From Eledone cirrhosa (Eukaryota), in contig OZ024744.1 of the NCBI GenBank assembly GCA_964016885.1, positions 55,490,001-55,554,000 of the forward strand: DNA of 64,000 nucleotides. The letters are read 5' to 3'. Position numbers and translations under genes: made by a program. Below, piece by piece: positions 12,510 through 31,511 of the stretch (position 1 is its first letter; every line of letters begins with the position of its first letter). The notes under the pieces are model-generated. The model was not told where the DNA came from and searched no databases. It was given only the letters and a program-made list of their open reading frames with translations.

Positions 12510-12616
12510 AATTGTTTCTATTTTTTTGCACAAGGACAGCAATTATCCCAGTGCATTACAGGTACTTTATTTTATCGATCCCGTAAGAATAAAAGGCAAA
12601 GTTAACCTCAGCGGGA
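12510..12616 (-). mobile_element. Truncated SINE (same family as 11066-11245)
   Basis: Near-identical to 11066-11170. Confidence 0.75.
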
Positions 12617-14566
12617 TACACTAAAAATTAGAATACACAGCAAACCCCCAAATTTACATATCACAGTCGGTTTGGCACAAGTAATTGGAATTGAAAAGTT
12701 ATACATACAGGTATTAAATAAAAAAAAAAAAAAATCATCCTCATTTTACATCTATTTTCCACTCTGGTTTGTGTTGGACGGGTTATCACAGTCCAAGACC
12801 AAACATAACGTAGCGAGTTCATCTTGCTCATACATTACATATTTGGCATGGACACCTTTCCTAACAACCACTTTAAAATGTTTATTGGGTGCATTGTTTT
12901 TGCGATACTAACACAATCACTTTTTACAGTTGACTACATATATTTTAACAAGGCACCAACACTAACAATTTACAGGATATACTGAGTGCATTTTATCGCG
13001 ACACTACTACTAAAGAGGTAATCACATGCCCGGCCAGACTAAAGCGTTCCCTTAAACTATATCGCCTCCATTTGATTGCCAAAAACTGTAGCCTCCGATT
13101 TCTTACTACACCTACTTTCAGTGTCTCGCTTCTTGTACAGGTGGACATGTCTTTTTATATTATGGCATATCACCAACCAGCTCTGTCCTGTGTCATCTTC
13201 TTTGTTAGGTTTAGTTTCTTGATGTTATTATTTACAAATTCATCCTACGTTTTCCATGATATTCCACTTCAGCGTTTGGCACTTTTTAAAATACATCTCT
13301 CGCTCTCCTTTTCCATCGCTCGTCAGTAATGCCCTCTCCCCTGCTGCGGGGGCCCGGGGCAATTGGCACCCACCCCCACCCCATTAAATCTAACCCTGAA
13401 TATATATATAAATCCTCACTGTCAGTGTAGAGGCGAAGTAAATCGAGTCCGAAGGAATTTCAGGGCCACCGGCCCAATTTCACCCTGAAGAGAGTATGAA
13501 AACAACGAATGGGTAGAAGAGCTGTGGTTATGACCCTTAACCAAGAGGATGGGATTTATTTATTCACATACGTATGTGTGAAAAAAAACAACAACAAAAA
13601 AAATAAATAAAAGAGAAACAGAACTAGTGAACATGCCTGATAGATGAGAACTGAACTGAACTCGTAACAACATAATATTAGCAGGTGAAGGGAGGTCCTG
13701 CTTCAAAATCAACTCGACTTTTATTTTCATTAAAAAATGGGTTATTTATTGCAAGTTATTTTGCTCCACCGTTTTATAATAATTCAAATCTAGTTTTTGT
13801 TTTTAATTTTCTACCCGAAAAAAAAAAAATGAAAACAAAAATAAATCCTAATAAGAATCATCCGATTAATTGTGATTGTCTTTATTAACCTATCACCGCA
13901 ACCCTCCACTTCATTTTCCTCATCTCTAATAAGTATCATCACACGGCCGGCGGCGGCAAAAACTATGTTATCTCGTTTATTCCCTCCCTCTTTTTCATAC
14001 TTTATTACTATTACTGTTAGTCTCCTTTTCTATCTAATCACCCTTGTGTACTCTCACTACTTTTTCTCTCTTTCTTTAGTCATCCCCTCCTTTTCTTACA
14101 ACTATTACTGCTACTCTCTCTAATCATCCCCTACTTTTATTATTACTATTACCACCACTCTCTTTCTCTAATTATCTCCCTTCTCTTACAACTACTGCAG
14201 CCACTCTCTGTGTAATCCCATCCTTCTAATGCACTTTTCTTTTACTATATCTCCCATCCCTTGATATAGACAGACAGAATATCTACACGAAAAGATGCAG
14301 AGAAGAAAGGAGAAAACCTGAGAGAGGGTACATGAGAAGAACTGACATAGAAGGAAAAAATGAGGAAGAGAAACCAAATAAAAGTAGTATGAAACAAGCA
14401 AGAAAGAACAGATTGAATGATGATATACATATAGAAAGAAAAGACTTTTTTTTTTATAAATGACGTGAACAGGTTAGTCAAAAACAGAAAGAGAAAAATG
14501 AAACCAATAATCAATCCCACCCTCGAAAGATAATAGACAATATAAAGAGGCAAGTCAATTATTGAG

Positions 14567-14614
<48 letters not shown>

Positions 14615-14831
14615 TAATATTAAGCAGACAGTCGTAGACGTACCAGTAGCGTTATAAATAAAAATAATCGAGTTCATTAGAGAGTGGGCAGAATTGAGGA
14701 GACAGACGTGCACAAACCAGAGACGAGTCTATTAGACAGAGATAGAGCAACATTAAGCAGGCGGGCGAGTCAATTAGAGAGAACGTAGAATTAAACTGGC
14801 AAGCGAGTCTATTAGAGCTGACCCACACATT

Positions 14832-15284
14832 CAGGGAACTCGTTTGCCTTAAAAATGTGAGGGGGACAAACCAACATGTGTTGATTCTTAAAGGATCATA
14901 AATTGCTTATGGTGCCTTTCTCGGACCCTATCACATAAATAACATTTTACGCTAATCAAATGAAGTTCAAAGATTAAAAAAATAAGCTTAAGAATTTATT
15001 ATATCAAATAAACAAAATTTAAATTTTTAGCAAATGGATGTAAATATCGAACAAAATTCAATACCTATTGCAACTTAGGGGTATATATATTCATATAAAT
15101 ATATACACATAAATAAACATGTAAAAATATGATTTATACATATGTATGACTTGTTAGTGGGATTTTCTTTGTTTTTTTAATTGGGAAAAAGGAGGGGCGG
15201 GGGATGGTTTGACCACCGTTCCTGAAAAAGTTTGTGTGGGTGGGGGGACTTGTCCACTGGTACCCCACTGAAACAAGGCCCTTG
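14832..15284. mobile_element. Possible hAT-like MITE
   Basis: Degenerate ends cagggaactcgttt / aaacaaggcccttg with subterminal gggggac motifs; TSD unclear. Confidence 0.35.
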
Positions 15285-15499
15285 CACACTACAAACTAAA
15301 GGTGAGTCTATAAGAAAGAGAGAAGGCGAGGTAAGCAAGCATACAAATGTAAGAAGCAAGTATATTATATTGAGAGTAGTCGTAACTGAAAATGTCTATA
15401 TAATGTGGTCAAAATTTTAATAGATATACTTTAAAATAGGCGAGTCTGTTAAAAAAACTGCAGTAGTAAAAGTTAGAAAATATTTGGTTGTTCATTAAA

Positions 15500-15890
15500 A
15501 TTCTTCGAAGACACCTGTTCCCAATTGTCACTTCGGCCTCAGCCCCGGTACCACAGCCGTCAATGTAAAGGACAAGCAAATGCCAGGGTTTGTCCGGCCA
15601 CCGTCGAGACTTCGGACCATGGACAGCCGAGCTCCTCTGCAAAATAGGAACGCCAGCAGCCTGTCTGAGGAAGAAGCCCCACGAGGTGTGTGTGTGTGTC
15701 ATTAAACCTGTAGTTTTGGAGACTTCAGACGTCTTGGTCCCTGAACAACCTCCTTAGTTCACTGCTATCAGGGCGGAGTTGGCCACCTGTAGGAGTGAGT
15801 TGTAATGGTTATTTCAACGCATCCCCCTTGCCATCTTCTGGGGCAACGCTTTCTCCATTCTGTGCTTCGCTGGGACCACGAGGTAGCTTG
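15500..15890 (+). mobile_element. Second degenerate CRE-clade RLE fragment
   Basis: tggagacttc..gtccttggtcc-like segment and tggttatttcaacgc..cttgcc..aacgctttctccattctg are similar to 7193-7349. Confidence 0.7.
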
Positions 15891-17192
15891 CGTCAGGGAT
15901 TCTGAATGCCAAAGAGCATTCTTCCCCTCCCCTCCATCGTTCTGACTTCTATCATTGGAGTAGCAATGATTGAGTATTCTTTCTCATATTTTTATTGTAT
16001 TTGGACTCTCTATTGTTATTTACTTTCAATAAGCTGAGAACATGTATATATTAATATCTTGTGATGATAATATCTATAATAAAGAGATACAAACCAAAAA
16101 GGCTATATAGACAGAGATAATAAGGGAGGAGGAGGCAAATTTAATTGAGAGAGAGGGAGTAGTATTAACAGGCGTACATATACGTATACAAGAGGGTGAA
16201 CAAACCCAAAAAGTGATATAGACATAGAAATAGTAAAGAAAGAAGAGGAGACGATTCTATTAGAGAGAGGGTGTATAAACCAAAGAGGTAATATAGTAAG
16301 AGAAGAGAGGGTGTGTCTATTAAAGAGAGAAAGACAGTTTGATATGTGGGAGTAGTAGTAAATGAAGTCAGTCTCACACACATACATACGTATACATAAA
16401 CATACAGTCAGCGTGACTACCAAAAGAGAGATAGACAGAAAGCAAGTGTGTGTGTGTATATGTACAGCATTGGACCGAGTCGGACGGCCATCTTGGTTTC
16501 TATATATGACAGAGCAGGTAAGTAACGAGTCCAATAATAATTAAACATATAACTACAAATTAAAACCAATTTTAACATGTCTTTTATTTTGTATGTGATG
16601 GGGATCGATATTATTTTAGTTTTTTTCCCCATGTTTTCTTTCACGTTTTTCTGTATGTGTGATAGATTCGAAAATCCTCCTTGAATTTCTCCTCTCTTTC
16701 TTTCCACCTCTCTCTATATATATATATCTTTATGTATCTCTCTCTCTGTCCCTATGTTTGTTTCTGTCTGTCTCTAACTATCTTTTCCTTTCTATAATGT
16801 GTGGTGTGTTTGAATAATAAAAATTTGTCAAGCTTTTATATTTTTTATTTCCACCTTTTTTTTTCCCTTTCGATATAGTCTTCCTTCACCCACAATTATT
16901 GTCTCTCAACTGACTTTCGTTATTTCCTTGTATTATTAACACTAATTTTTTTCAACTTTGCAGTGATTTATTTCTTCGTTTGTTCTCTCTTTTTCCATCT
17001 CTTTCTCTCCCAATTTTTCAAATATTTAAACCACACGCACACACACACTATATATATATATATATATATATGTACGTATGTGTTTATATATGTGTTTGTG
17101 TTTATATATATATATATGTGTTTATATATTTATATATATATATATATGTGTTTATATATTTATATATATATAGTATATATATATATGTGTTT

Positions 17193-17392
17193 NNNNNNNN
17201 NNNNNNNNNNNNNNNNNNNNNNNNNNNNNNNNNNNNNNNNNNNNNNNNNNNNNNNNNNNNNNNNNNNNNNNNNNNNNNNNNNNNNNNNNNNNNNNNNNNN
17301 NNNNNNNNNNNNNNNNNNNNNNNNNNNNNNNNNNNNNNNNNNNNNNNNNNNNNNNNNNNNNNNNNNNNNNNNNNNNNNNNNNNNNNNNNNNN
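17193..17392. other. Assembly gap (200 N)
   Basis: Run of n. Confidence 0.99.
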
Positions 17393-17891
17393 GTATGTGT
17401 ATATATATATGTGTATATATATATGTGTATATATATATGTGTATATATATATGTGTATATATATATATATGTGTATATATATATAATGTGTATAATATAT
17501 GTGTATATATATATGTGTATATATATATGTGTATATATATATATATGTGTATATATATATATATGTGTATATATATATATATGTGTATATATAAATGTGT
17601 ATATATATATATATATTATGTGTATATATATATATGTGTATATATATATGTGTATATATTATATGTGTATATATATATGTGTATATATATATATATGTGT
17701 GTATATATATATATATGTGTGTATATATATATATGTGTATATATATATGTGTGTATATATATATATGTGTGTATATATATATGTGTGTATATATATATAT
17801 GTGTATATATATATATATATGTGTGTATATATATTATTATATATATATGTGTATATATATATATATATATATGTGTATATATATATATATA

Positions 17892-17922
<31 letters not shown>

Positions 17923-20158
17923 GTGTATATATATATATATATATATGTGTATATATATATATATATATATGTGTATATATATATATATATATGTGTGTAT
18001 ATATATATATATATATGTGTATATATATATATATATGTGTATATATATATATATGTGTATATATATATATATATGTGTTATATATATATATATATGTGTA
18101 TATATATATATATGTGTATATATATATATATATGTGTATATATATATATATATGTGTATATATATATATATGTGTATATATATATATATATATGTGTATA
18201 TATATATATATATATGTGTATATATATATATATGTGTATATATATATATATATGTGTATATATATATATATGTGTATATATATATATATATGTGTATATA
18301 TATATATATATATGTGTATATATATATATATATGTGTATATATATATATATATATGTGTATATATATATTATATATGTGTATATATATATGTGTATATAT
18401 ATATGTGTATATATATATGTGTATATATATGTGTATATATATATATATGTGTATATATATATATATGTGTATATATATATGTGTATATATATATGTGTAT
18501 GTATGTGTATATATATATATGTGTGTATATATATATATGTGTGTGTGTGTATATATATATATATATGTGTGTGTATATATATATATATATGTGTGTGTAT
18601 ATATATATATATATGTGTATATATATATATATATATGTGTATATATATATATATATATGTGTATATATATATATATATATGTGTATATATATATATATAT
18701 GTGTATATATATATATATATGTGTATATATATATATATATGTGTATATATATATATATATATGTGTATATATATATATATATGTGTATATATATATATAT
18801 ATGTGTGTATATATATATATATGTGTATATATATATATATATGTGTATATATATATATGTGTATATATATATATATGTGTATATATATATATATGTGTAT
18901 ATATATATATATGTGTATATATATATATATATGTGTATATATATATATATGTGTATATATATATATATATGTGTATATATATATATATATGTGTATATAT
19001 ATATATATGTGTATATATATATATATATGTGTATATATATATATATATGTGTATATATATATATATGTGTATATATATATATATATGTGTATATATATAT
19101 ATATATATGTGTATATATATATGTGTATATATATATATATGTGTATATATATATATATATGTGTATATATATATATATGTGTATATATATATATATGTGT
19201 ATATATATATATATATGTGTATATATATATATATATGTGTATATATATATAATATATATGTGTATATATATATATATATATATGTGTATATATATATATA
19301 TGTGTGTATATATATATATATATGTGTGTATATATATATATATATATGTGTGTATATATATTTATGTGTGTATATATATATATATGTGTGTATATATATA
19401 TATATGTGTGTATATATATATATATGTGTGTATATATATATATATGTGTGTATATATATATATGTGTGTATATATATAAGTGTGTATATATATATATGTG
19501 TGTATATATATATATGTGTGTATATATATATATATGTGTATATATATATATATGTGTGTATATATATATGTGTATATATATATATGTGTATATATATATA
19601 TATGTGTATATATATATATGTGTATATATATATATATGTGTGTATATATATATATGTGTGTATATATATATATGTGTATATATATATATATGTGTATATA
19701 TATATATGTGTATATATATATATATGTGTATATATATATATGTGTATATATATATATATGTGTATATATATATATATGTGTATATATATATATATGTGTA
19801 TATATATATATATGTGTATATATATATATATGTTGTATATATATATATATGTGTATATATATATATATGTGTATATATATATATATGTGTATATATATAT
19901 ATATGTGTATATATATATATGTGTGTATATATATATATGTGTGTATATATATATGTGTGTATATATATATGTGTGTATATATATATGTGTGTATATATAT
20001 ATGTGTGTATATATATATGTGTGTATATATATGTGTGTATATATATGTGTGTATAGATATATGTGTGTATATATATGTGTGTATATATATGTGTATATGT
20101 ATGTATATGTATGTATATATATGTATGTATATGTATGGTATGTATATGTATGTATATG

Positions 20159-20199
<41 letters not shown>

Positions 20200-21070
20200 G
20201 TATGTATGTGTAATATATATATATGTGTATATATATATATATGTGTATATATATATATATGTGTAATTAATATATATGTGTATATATATATATGTGTATA
20301 TATATATGTGTAATATATCATATGTGTGTATATATATATGTGTGTATATATATATATGTGTGTGTGTATATATATATATATATATGTGTGTGTATATATG
20401 TGTGTGTATATATATATGTGTGTGTTATATATATGTGTGTGTATATATCTATGTGTGTGTATATATATATATATGTGTGTATATATATATATATGTGTAT
20501 ATATATATATATATATGTGTATATATATATATATATATGTGTAATATATATATATATATATGTGTATATATATATATGTGTATATATATATATATATGTG
20601 TATATATATATATATGTGTATATATATATATATATGTGTATATATATATGTGTATATATATATATATATATGTTTATATATATATGTGTATATATATATA
20701 TATATGTGTATATATATATATGTGTATATATATATATGTGTATATATATATATATGTGTATATATATATATATATGTGTATTATATATATATGTGTATAT
20801 ATATATATATATGTGTATATATATATATATATGTGTATATATATATATATGTTTATATATATATATATATGTGTATATATATATATATATGTGTATATAT
20901 ATATATATGTGTATATATATATATTGTGTATATATATATATATATGTGTATATATATATATATATGTGTATATATATATATATGTGTATATATATATATA
21001 TGTGTATATATATATATATGTGTATATATATATATATGTGTATATATATATATATGTGTATATATATATA

Positions 21071-21101
<31 letters not shown>

Positions 21102-21132
21102 GTGTGTATATATATATGTGTGTATATATATA

Positions 21133-21177
<45 letters not shown>

Positions 21178-21190
21178 ATATATATATATA

Positions 21191-21223
<33 letters not shown>

Positions 21224-22073
21224 GTGTATATATATATATATATATGTGTATATATATATATATATATGTGTATATATATATATATGTGTGTATATATATA
21301 TATATGTGTGTATATATATATATATATGTGTGTATATATATTTATGTGTGTTATATATATATGTGTGTATATATATATATATGTGTGTATATATATATAT
21401 GTGTGTATATATATATATATGTGTGTATATATATATATGTGTGTATATATATATATGTGTGTATATATATATATGTGTTATATATATATATATGTGTGTA
21501 TATATATATGTGTATATATATATATGTGTATATATATATATATATGTGTATATATATATATATGTGTATATATATATATATGTGTGTATATATATATATG
21601 TGTGTATATATATATATGTGTATATATATATATATGTGTATATATATATATGTGTATATATATATATATGTGTATATATATATATATGTGTATATATATA
21701 TATATGTGTATATATATATATATGTGTATATATATATATATGTGTATATATATATATATGTGTATATATATATTATATGTGTATATATATATATATGTGT
21801 ATATATATATATATGTGTATATATATATATATGTGTATATATATATATGTGTGTATATATATATATGTGTGTATATATATATGTGTGTATATATATATGT
21901 GTGTATATATATATGTGTGTATATATATATGTGTGTATATATATATGTGTGTATATATATGTGTGTATATATATATGTGTGTATATATATGTGTGTATAT
22001 ATATATGTGTATATGTATGTATATGTATGTATATATATGTATGTATATGTATGTATGTATATGTATGTATATG

Positions 22074-22114
<41 letters not shown>

Positions 22115-22953
22115 GTATGTATGTGTATATATATATATATGTGATATATATATATATGTGTAATATATATATATGTGTTTATATATATATATGTGTATAT
22201 ATATATATGTGTATATATATATGTGTATATATATGTGTGTATATATATATGTGTGTATATATATATATGTGTGTGTGTATATATATATATATATATGTGT
22301 GTGTATATATGTGTGTGTATATATATATGTGTGTGTATATATATATGTGTGTGTATATATATATGTGTGTGTATATATATATATATGTGTGTATATATAA
22401 TATATATGTGTATATATATATATATATATGTGTATATATATATATATATGTGTATATATATATATATATATGTGTATATATATATATGTGTATATATATA
22501 TATATGTGTATATATATATATATGTGTATATATATATATATATGTGTATATATATATGTGTATATATATATATATATGTGTATATATATATATGTGTATA
22601 TATATATATGTGTATATATATATATATGTGTATATATATATATATATGTGTATATATATATATATGTGTATATATATATATATATGTGTATATATATATA
22701 TATATGTGTATATATATATATATATGTGTATATATATATATATATGTGTATATATATATATATGTGTATATATATATATATGTGTATATATATATATATA
22801 TGTGTTATATATATATATATGTGTATATATATATGTGTATATATATATATGTGTATATATATATATATGTGTATATATATATATATGTGTATATATATAT
22901 ATATGTGTATATATATATATATGTGTATATATATATATGTGTATATATATATA

Positions 22954-22984
<31 letters not shown>

Positions 22985-23017
22985 GTGTGTATATATATAT
23001 GTGGGTATATATATATA

Positions 23018-23062
<45 letters not shown>

Positions 23063-23077
23063 ATATATATATATATA

Positions 23078-23110
<33 letters not shown>

Positions 23111-24013
23111 GTGTATATATATATATATATATATGTGTATATATATATATATATATGTGTTTATATATATATATGTGTGTATATATATATATATATGTGT
23201 GTATATATATATATATATGTGTGTATATATATTTATGTGTGTATATATATATATGTGTGTATATATTATATATGTGTGTATATATATATATGTGTGTATA
23301 TATATATATATGTGTGTATATATATTATGTGTGTATATATATATATGTGTGTATATATATATATGTGTGTATATATATATATGTGGTATATATATATGTG
23401 TATATATATATATGTGTATATATATATATATGTGTATATTATATTATATATGTGTATATATATATTATGTGTGTATATATATATATGTGTGTATATATAT
23501 ATATGTGTATATATATATATATGTGTATATATATATGTGTATATATATATATATGTGTATATATATATATATGTGTATATATATATATTGTGTATATATA
23601 TATATATGTGTTATATATAATATATGTGTATATATATATATATGTGTATATATATTATATGTGTAATATATATATATGTGTATATATATATATATGTGTA
23701 TATATATATAGTGTGTATATATATATATGTGAGTATATATATATATGTGTGTATATATATATGTGTGTATATATATATGTGTGTATATATATATGTGTGT
23801 ATATATAATATGTGTGTATATATATGTGTGTATATATATGTGTGTATATATATATGTGTATATGTATGTATATATATGTTATATGTATGTATATATATGT
23901 GTATATGTATGTATATATATGTATATGTATGTATATATATGTATGTATATGTATGTATGTATATGTATGTATATGTATGTATGTTATATATATGTATGTA
24001 TAATATATGTAGG

Positions 24014-24046
<33 letters not shown>

Positions 24047-24687
24047 GTATGTATGGTGTATATATATATATGTGTATATATATATATGTGTATATATATA
24101 TATGTGTATATATATATGTGTATATATATATGTGTGTATATATATATGTGTGTATATATATATATGTGTGTGTGTATATTATATATATATATATGTGTGT
24201 GTATTTATGTGTGTGTATATATATGTGTGTGTATATATATATATATGTGTGTATATATATATATATATGTGTATATATATATATATATATGTGTATATAT
24301 ATATATATATATGTGTATATATATATATATATATGTGTATATATATATATGTGTATATATATATATATGTGTATATATATATATATATGTGTATATATAT
24401 ATGTGTATATATATGTGTATATATATATTATATATGTGTATATATATATGTGTATATATATATGTGTATATATATATGTGTATATTATATGTGTAATATA
24501 TATATGTATGTGTATGTATATATATATGTGTGTATATATATATATGTGTGTATATATATATATGTGTGTATATATTTATGTGTATATTATGTGTATATAT
24601 ATGTTTATATGTATGTATGTATATGTATGTATATGTATGTATATATATGTATATATATGCATGTATATATATGTATGTATATGTATG

Positions 24688-24776
<89 letters not shown>

Positions 24777-24820
24777 GTATTATATGTATGTATATGTATG
24801 TATATATATGTATATATATG

Positions 24821-24853
<33 letters not shown>

Positions 24854-24907
24854 GTATGTATATATATGTATGTATATGTATGTATATATATGTCGTATAT
24901 ATATATC

Positions 24908-24954
<47 letters not shown>

Positions 24955-24975
24955 TACATATATATATATACATAT

Positions 24976-25015
<40 letters not shown>

Positions 25016-25038
25016 TACATATATATATACATATATAC

Positions 25039-25086
<48 letters not shown>

Positions 25087-25235
25087 TATATACATATATA
25101 TATATACATATATATATATATACATATATACATATATACATATACATATATAGATATATATATATAGATATATATATATATATATACATACATATATACA
25201 TATATATATATAGATATATATATATATATACATAC

Positions 25236-25276
<41 letters not shown>

Positions 25277-25440
25277 TATACATATATTTATATACATATA
25301 TATATATACATATATATATATATACATATATATACATATATTATATACATATATATATATATATATACATATATATACATACATACATATATATATACAT
25401 ATATATATATACATATATATACATATATATATATATATAC

Positions 25441-25473
<33 letters not shown>

Positions 25474-25549
25474 CATATATATACATATATATATATATTA
25501 TATATACATATATATACACACACTTATATATATATACACATATATATAC

Positions 25550-25605
<56 letters not shown>

Positions 25606-25606
25606 C

Positions 25607-25661
<55 letters not shown>

Positions 25662-25683
25662 TACATAATACATACATATATAC

Positions 25684-25736
<53 letters not shown>

Positions 25737-25750
25737 CATATATAATATAT

Positions 25751-25851
<101 letters not shown>

Positions 25852-25856
25852 ATATA

Positions 25857-25898
<42 letters not shown>

Positions 25899-25918
25899 AC
25901 ATATATATATATATATAC

Positions 25919-25993
<75 letters not shown>

Positions 25994-25994
25994 C

Positions 25995-26079
<85 letters not shown>

Positions 26080-26080
26080 C

Positions 26081-26177
<97 letters not shown>

Positions 26178-26179
26178 CA

Positions 26180-26212
<33 letters not shown>

Positions 26213-26273
26213 TATATACATATATATATATATACATATATATATACATATATATATATATACATATATATAC

Positions 26274-26368
<95 letters not shown>

Positions 26369-26374
26369 ATATAC

Positions 26375-26470
<96 letters not shown>

Positions 26471-26479
26471 GTATATATG

Positions 26480-26739
<260 letters not shown>

Positions 26740-26893
26740 GTATATGTATAATATATATATATATGATATATATATATATGTATGTATATATATATGTATA
26801 TATATATATATATGTATATATATGTATATATATATATATGTATATATATATGTATATATATGTATAATATATATATATGTATATATATATATG

Positions 26894-26924
<31 letters not shown>

Positions 26925-26978
26925 GTATATATATGTATATGTATATATATGTATATATATATATATGTATATATATTG

Positions 26979-27009
<31 letters not shown>

Positions 27010-27020
27010 GTATATATATG

Positions 27021-27051
<31 letters not shown>

Positions 27052-27112
27052 GTATATATATGTATATATATATATGTATATATATATATATGTATATATA
27101 TGTATATATATG

Positions 27113-27145
<33 letters not shown>

Positions 27146-27208
27146 GTATATATATGTATATATATGTATATATATGTATATATATATATATGTATATGTA
27201 TATATATG

Positions 27209-27239
<31 letters not shown>

Positions 27240-27345
27240 ATATATGTATATGTATATATATGTATATATATATATATATGTATATGTATATATATGTATA
27301 TATATATATATTATATATATGTATGTATGTATATATATATATATG

Positions 27346-27376
<31 letters not shown>

Positions 27377-28336
27377 GTATATGTATATATATATATGTAT
27401 ATATATGTATATATATATGTGATATATATGTATATATATATATGTATATATATGTATATATATATGTGTATATATATGTATATAATATGTATATATATAT
27501 GTATATATATATGTATGTATATATGTATGTATATGTGTATATATATGTATATAATATGTATATATATATGTATATATATATGTATATATATATGTATGTA
27601 TATATGTATATATATATATGTATATATATATGTATGTATATGTATATATATATGTATGTATATATGTATATATATATATGTATATATATATATATGTATA
27701 TATATATGTATATATATATATGTATAATATATATGTATATATATATGTATATATATATGTATACATATACATATATATACATATACATATCTGTATATAT
27801 ATGTATATATATATATATGTATATATATGTATACATATACATATATATACATATACATATATGTATATATATGTATATATATATATGTATATATATATGT
27901 ATATATATATATGTATAATATATATGTATATATATATGTATATATATATATGTATAATATATATGTATATATATATGTATATATATATATGTATATATTA
28001 TATATATATATACATATATATATACATATACATATATATACATATACATATATATACATATACATATATATACATATACATATATATATATACATATACA
28101 TATATATATACATATACATATATATATACATATACATATATATACATATATATATACATACACATATATATACATACATATACATATATATATATGTATA
28201 TATATGTATATATGTATGTATATATATGTATATATATGTATGTGTATATATATGTATGTATATATATATGTATATATATATATGTATATATATATATGTA
28301 TATATATATGTATATATATATATGTATATATATATG

Positions 28337-28371
<35 letters not shown>

Positions 28372-29094
28372 GTATATATATATGTATATATATATGTATA
28401 TATATATGTATATATATATGTATATATATATGTATATATATATGTATATATATGTATATATATATATGTATATATGTATGTGTATATATGTATGTGTATA
28501 TATGTATGTGTATATATATATGTATATATGTATGTATATATGTATGTGTATATGTATGTGTATATATATGTATGTATATATGTATATATATATGTATATA
28601 TATATGTATATATATATGTATATATATATGTATATATATATATGTATATATATATATGTATATATATATATGTATATGTATATATGTATATGTATATATG
28701 TATATGTATATATGTATATGTATATATATGTATATATGTATATGTATATATATGTATATATATATATATGTATATATGTATATATGTGTATATATGTATA
28801 TATGTATATATATATATGTATATATGTATATATGTATATGTATATATGTATATATATATGTATATATATATGTATATATATATGTATATATGTATATATG
28901 TATATATGTATATATGTATATATATATATGTATATATATATATATGTATATATATGTATATATATATATATATATGTATATATATGTATATATATATATG
29001 TATATATGTATATGTATATATGTATATATATATGTATATATATGTATATATGTATATATATATGTATATATATATATATATGTATATATATATG

Positions 29095-29231
<137 letters not shown>

Positions 29232-29232
29232 G

Positions 29233-29263
<31 letters not shown>

Positions 29264-29266
29264 GTG

Positions 29267-29379
<113 letters not shown>

Positions 29380-29640
29380 GTATATATATATATGTATATA
29401 TATATGTATATATATATATGTATATATATATATGTATATATATATATGTATATATTAGTATATATATATATGTATATATATATGTATATATATATCATGT
29501 ATATATATATATATGTATATATAATATGTATATATGTATGTATATATATATATGTATATGTATATGATATATATATATATGTATATATATATGTATATAT
29601 ATATATGTATATATATGTATATATATATATATTAATATTG

Positions 29641-29707
<67 letters not shown>

Positions 29708-29754
29708 GTATATATATGTATATATGTATATATATGTATATATATATATATGTG

Positions 29755-30001
<247 letters not shown>

Positions 30002-30048
30002 GTATATATATATATAATGTATTATATATATATGTATATATATATATG

Positions 30049-30118
<70 letters not shown>

Positions 30119-30134
30119 TGTATATATATCTATG

Positions 30135-30166
<32 letters not shown>

Positions 30167-30215
30167 ATGTATATATATGTATATATATATATATGTATAT
30201 ATATATATGTATATA

Positions 30216-30246
<31 letters not shown>

Positions 30247-30567
30247 TGTATATATTATATATATGATATATATATATATATGTATATATATATGTATATA
30301 AATGTATATATGTATTATATATGTATATATATGTATATATGTATATATATATATGTATATATATATATGTATATATATGTATATATATATATGTATATAT
30401 GTATGTATGTATGTATATATATGTATGTATGTATGTATATATATATGTATGTATATATATATGTATGTATATATGTATGTATGTATATATATATATGTAT
30501 GTATATATATATGTATGTATATATGTATGTATGTATATATGTATGTATGTATGTATATATATGTATG

Positions 30568-31168
30568 TTACAGTTGGTGCTACTGGTAACATGTATCCCA
30601 GTACAACCTGTCTCATGGTCGGGTCGTTGGCGACTAAACTGGCAACCCCACCAAGGTTTCTTGGTGAGGAGGGTGACTTTGGACATCCTGCAGGACTAAA
30701 AATAAAATTGTCAAAGGCCAAAGGAGCTCTTAAGAGTCAATGGCCATCCAAAATCACTGGGAGAGATGACCCCTGAGCCTTTGTCAAGGCAGAATTCTAG
30801 GAGAAGGAAAGCTCTGATATAACACCTGCAACTCTGATGGTATCCAATGATGTTGACTTGTTCTTCTTTTTGGTAAATATCATCTTGGTTAAGAGAGTGG
30901 GACTGGCTTTGTGCAGTGCCTTTGCTCACTATAAAAGCTTCACGGCACAGGCATTGCTTTATATCTGGAGATCTCTCTGCACTTGTCGTCACATGGTACC
31001 ATGGGCCCAGCACTATGTGACAATAATTGTCACAGGTGTAGTGTTTGTACCAGAGTTTTCAAGTCGCTGGCTGGACTAAAAAGTCACACTCGTTCAGCGC
31101 ATCGGTAGGGGTTCTCCTACATGGATATAAAGTAGTGGCCGTACTCGAAAACGAGTTGGCAGCCACCA
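30568..31168 (+). mobile_element. Bipartite non-autonomous RTE-derived element, copy 1
   Basis: RTE 5'UTR-like ctaggagaaggaaagctctga; C-terminal C2H2 remnant [23 protein letters not shown] (31037-31108); 3' hairpin gtggccg..ctcgaaaacgag..cagccac, then TA repeat. Confidence 0.65.
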
Positions 31169-31450
31169 TATATATAAGTATGTATGTATGTGTATATATA
31201 TATACGTATGTATGTGTATATATATGTATATATGCATATGTATGTATGTATATATGTATGTATGTATGTATGTATATATGCGTATGTATGTATGTATGTA
31301 TGTATGTATACGTACGTATGTATGTATGTATGTATATGTGCGTACGTATGTATGTATGTATGTATGTATGTATATATGCATATGTATGTATATATATATA
31401 TACGTATGTATGTATATATGTATATATACGTATGTATGTATGTGTGTATA

Positions 31451-31511
<61 letters not shown>

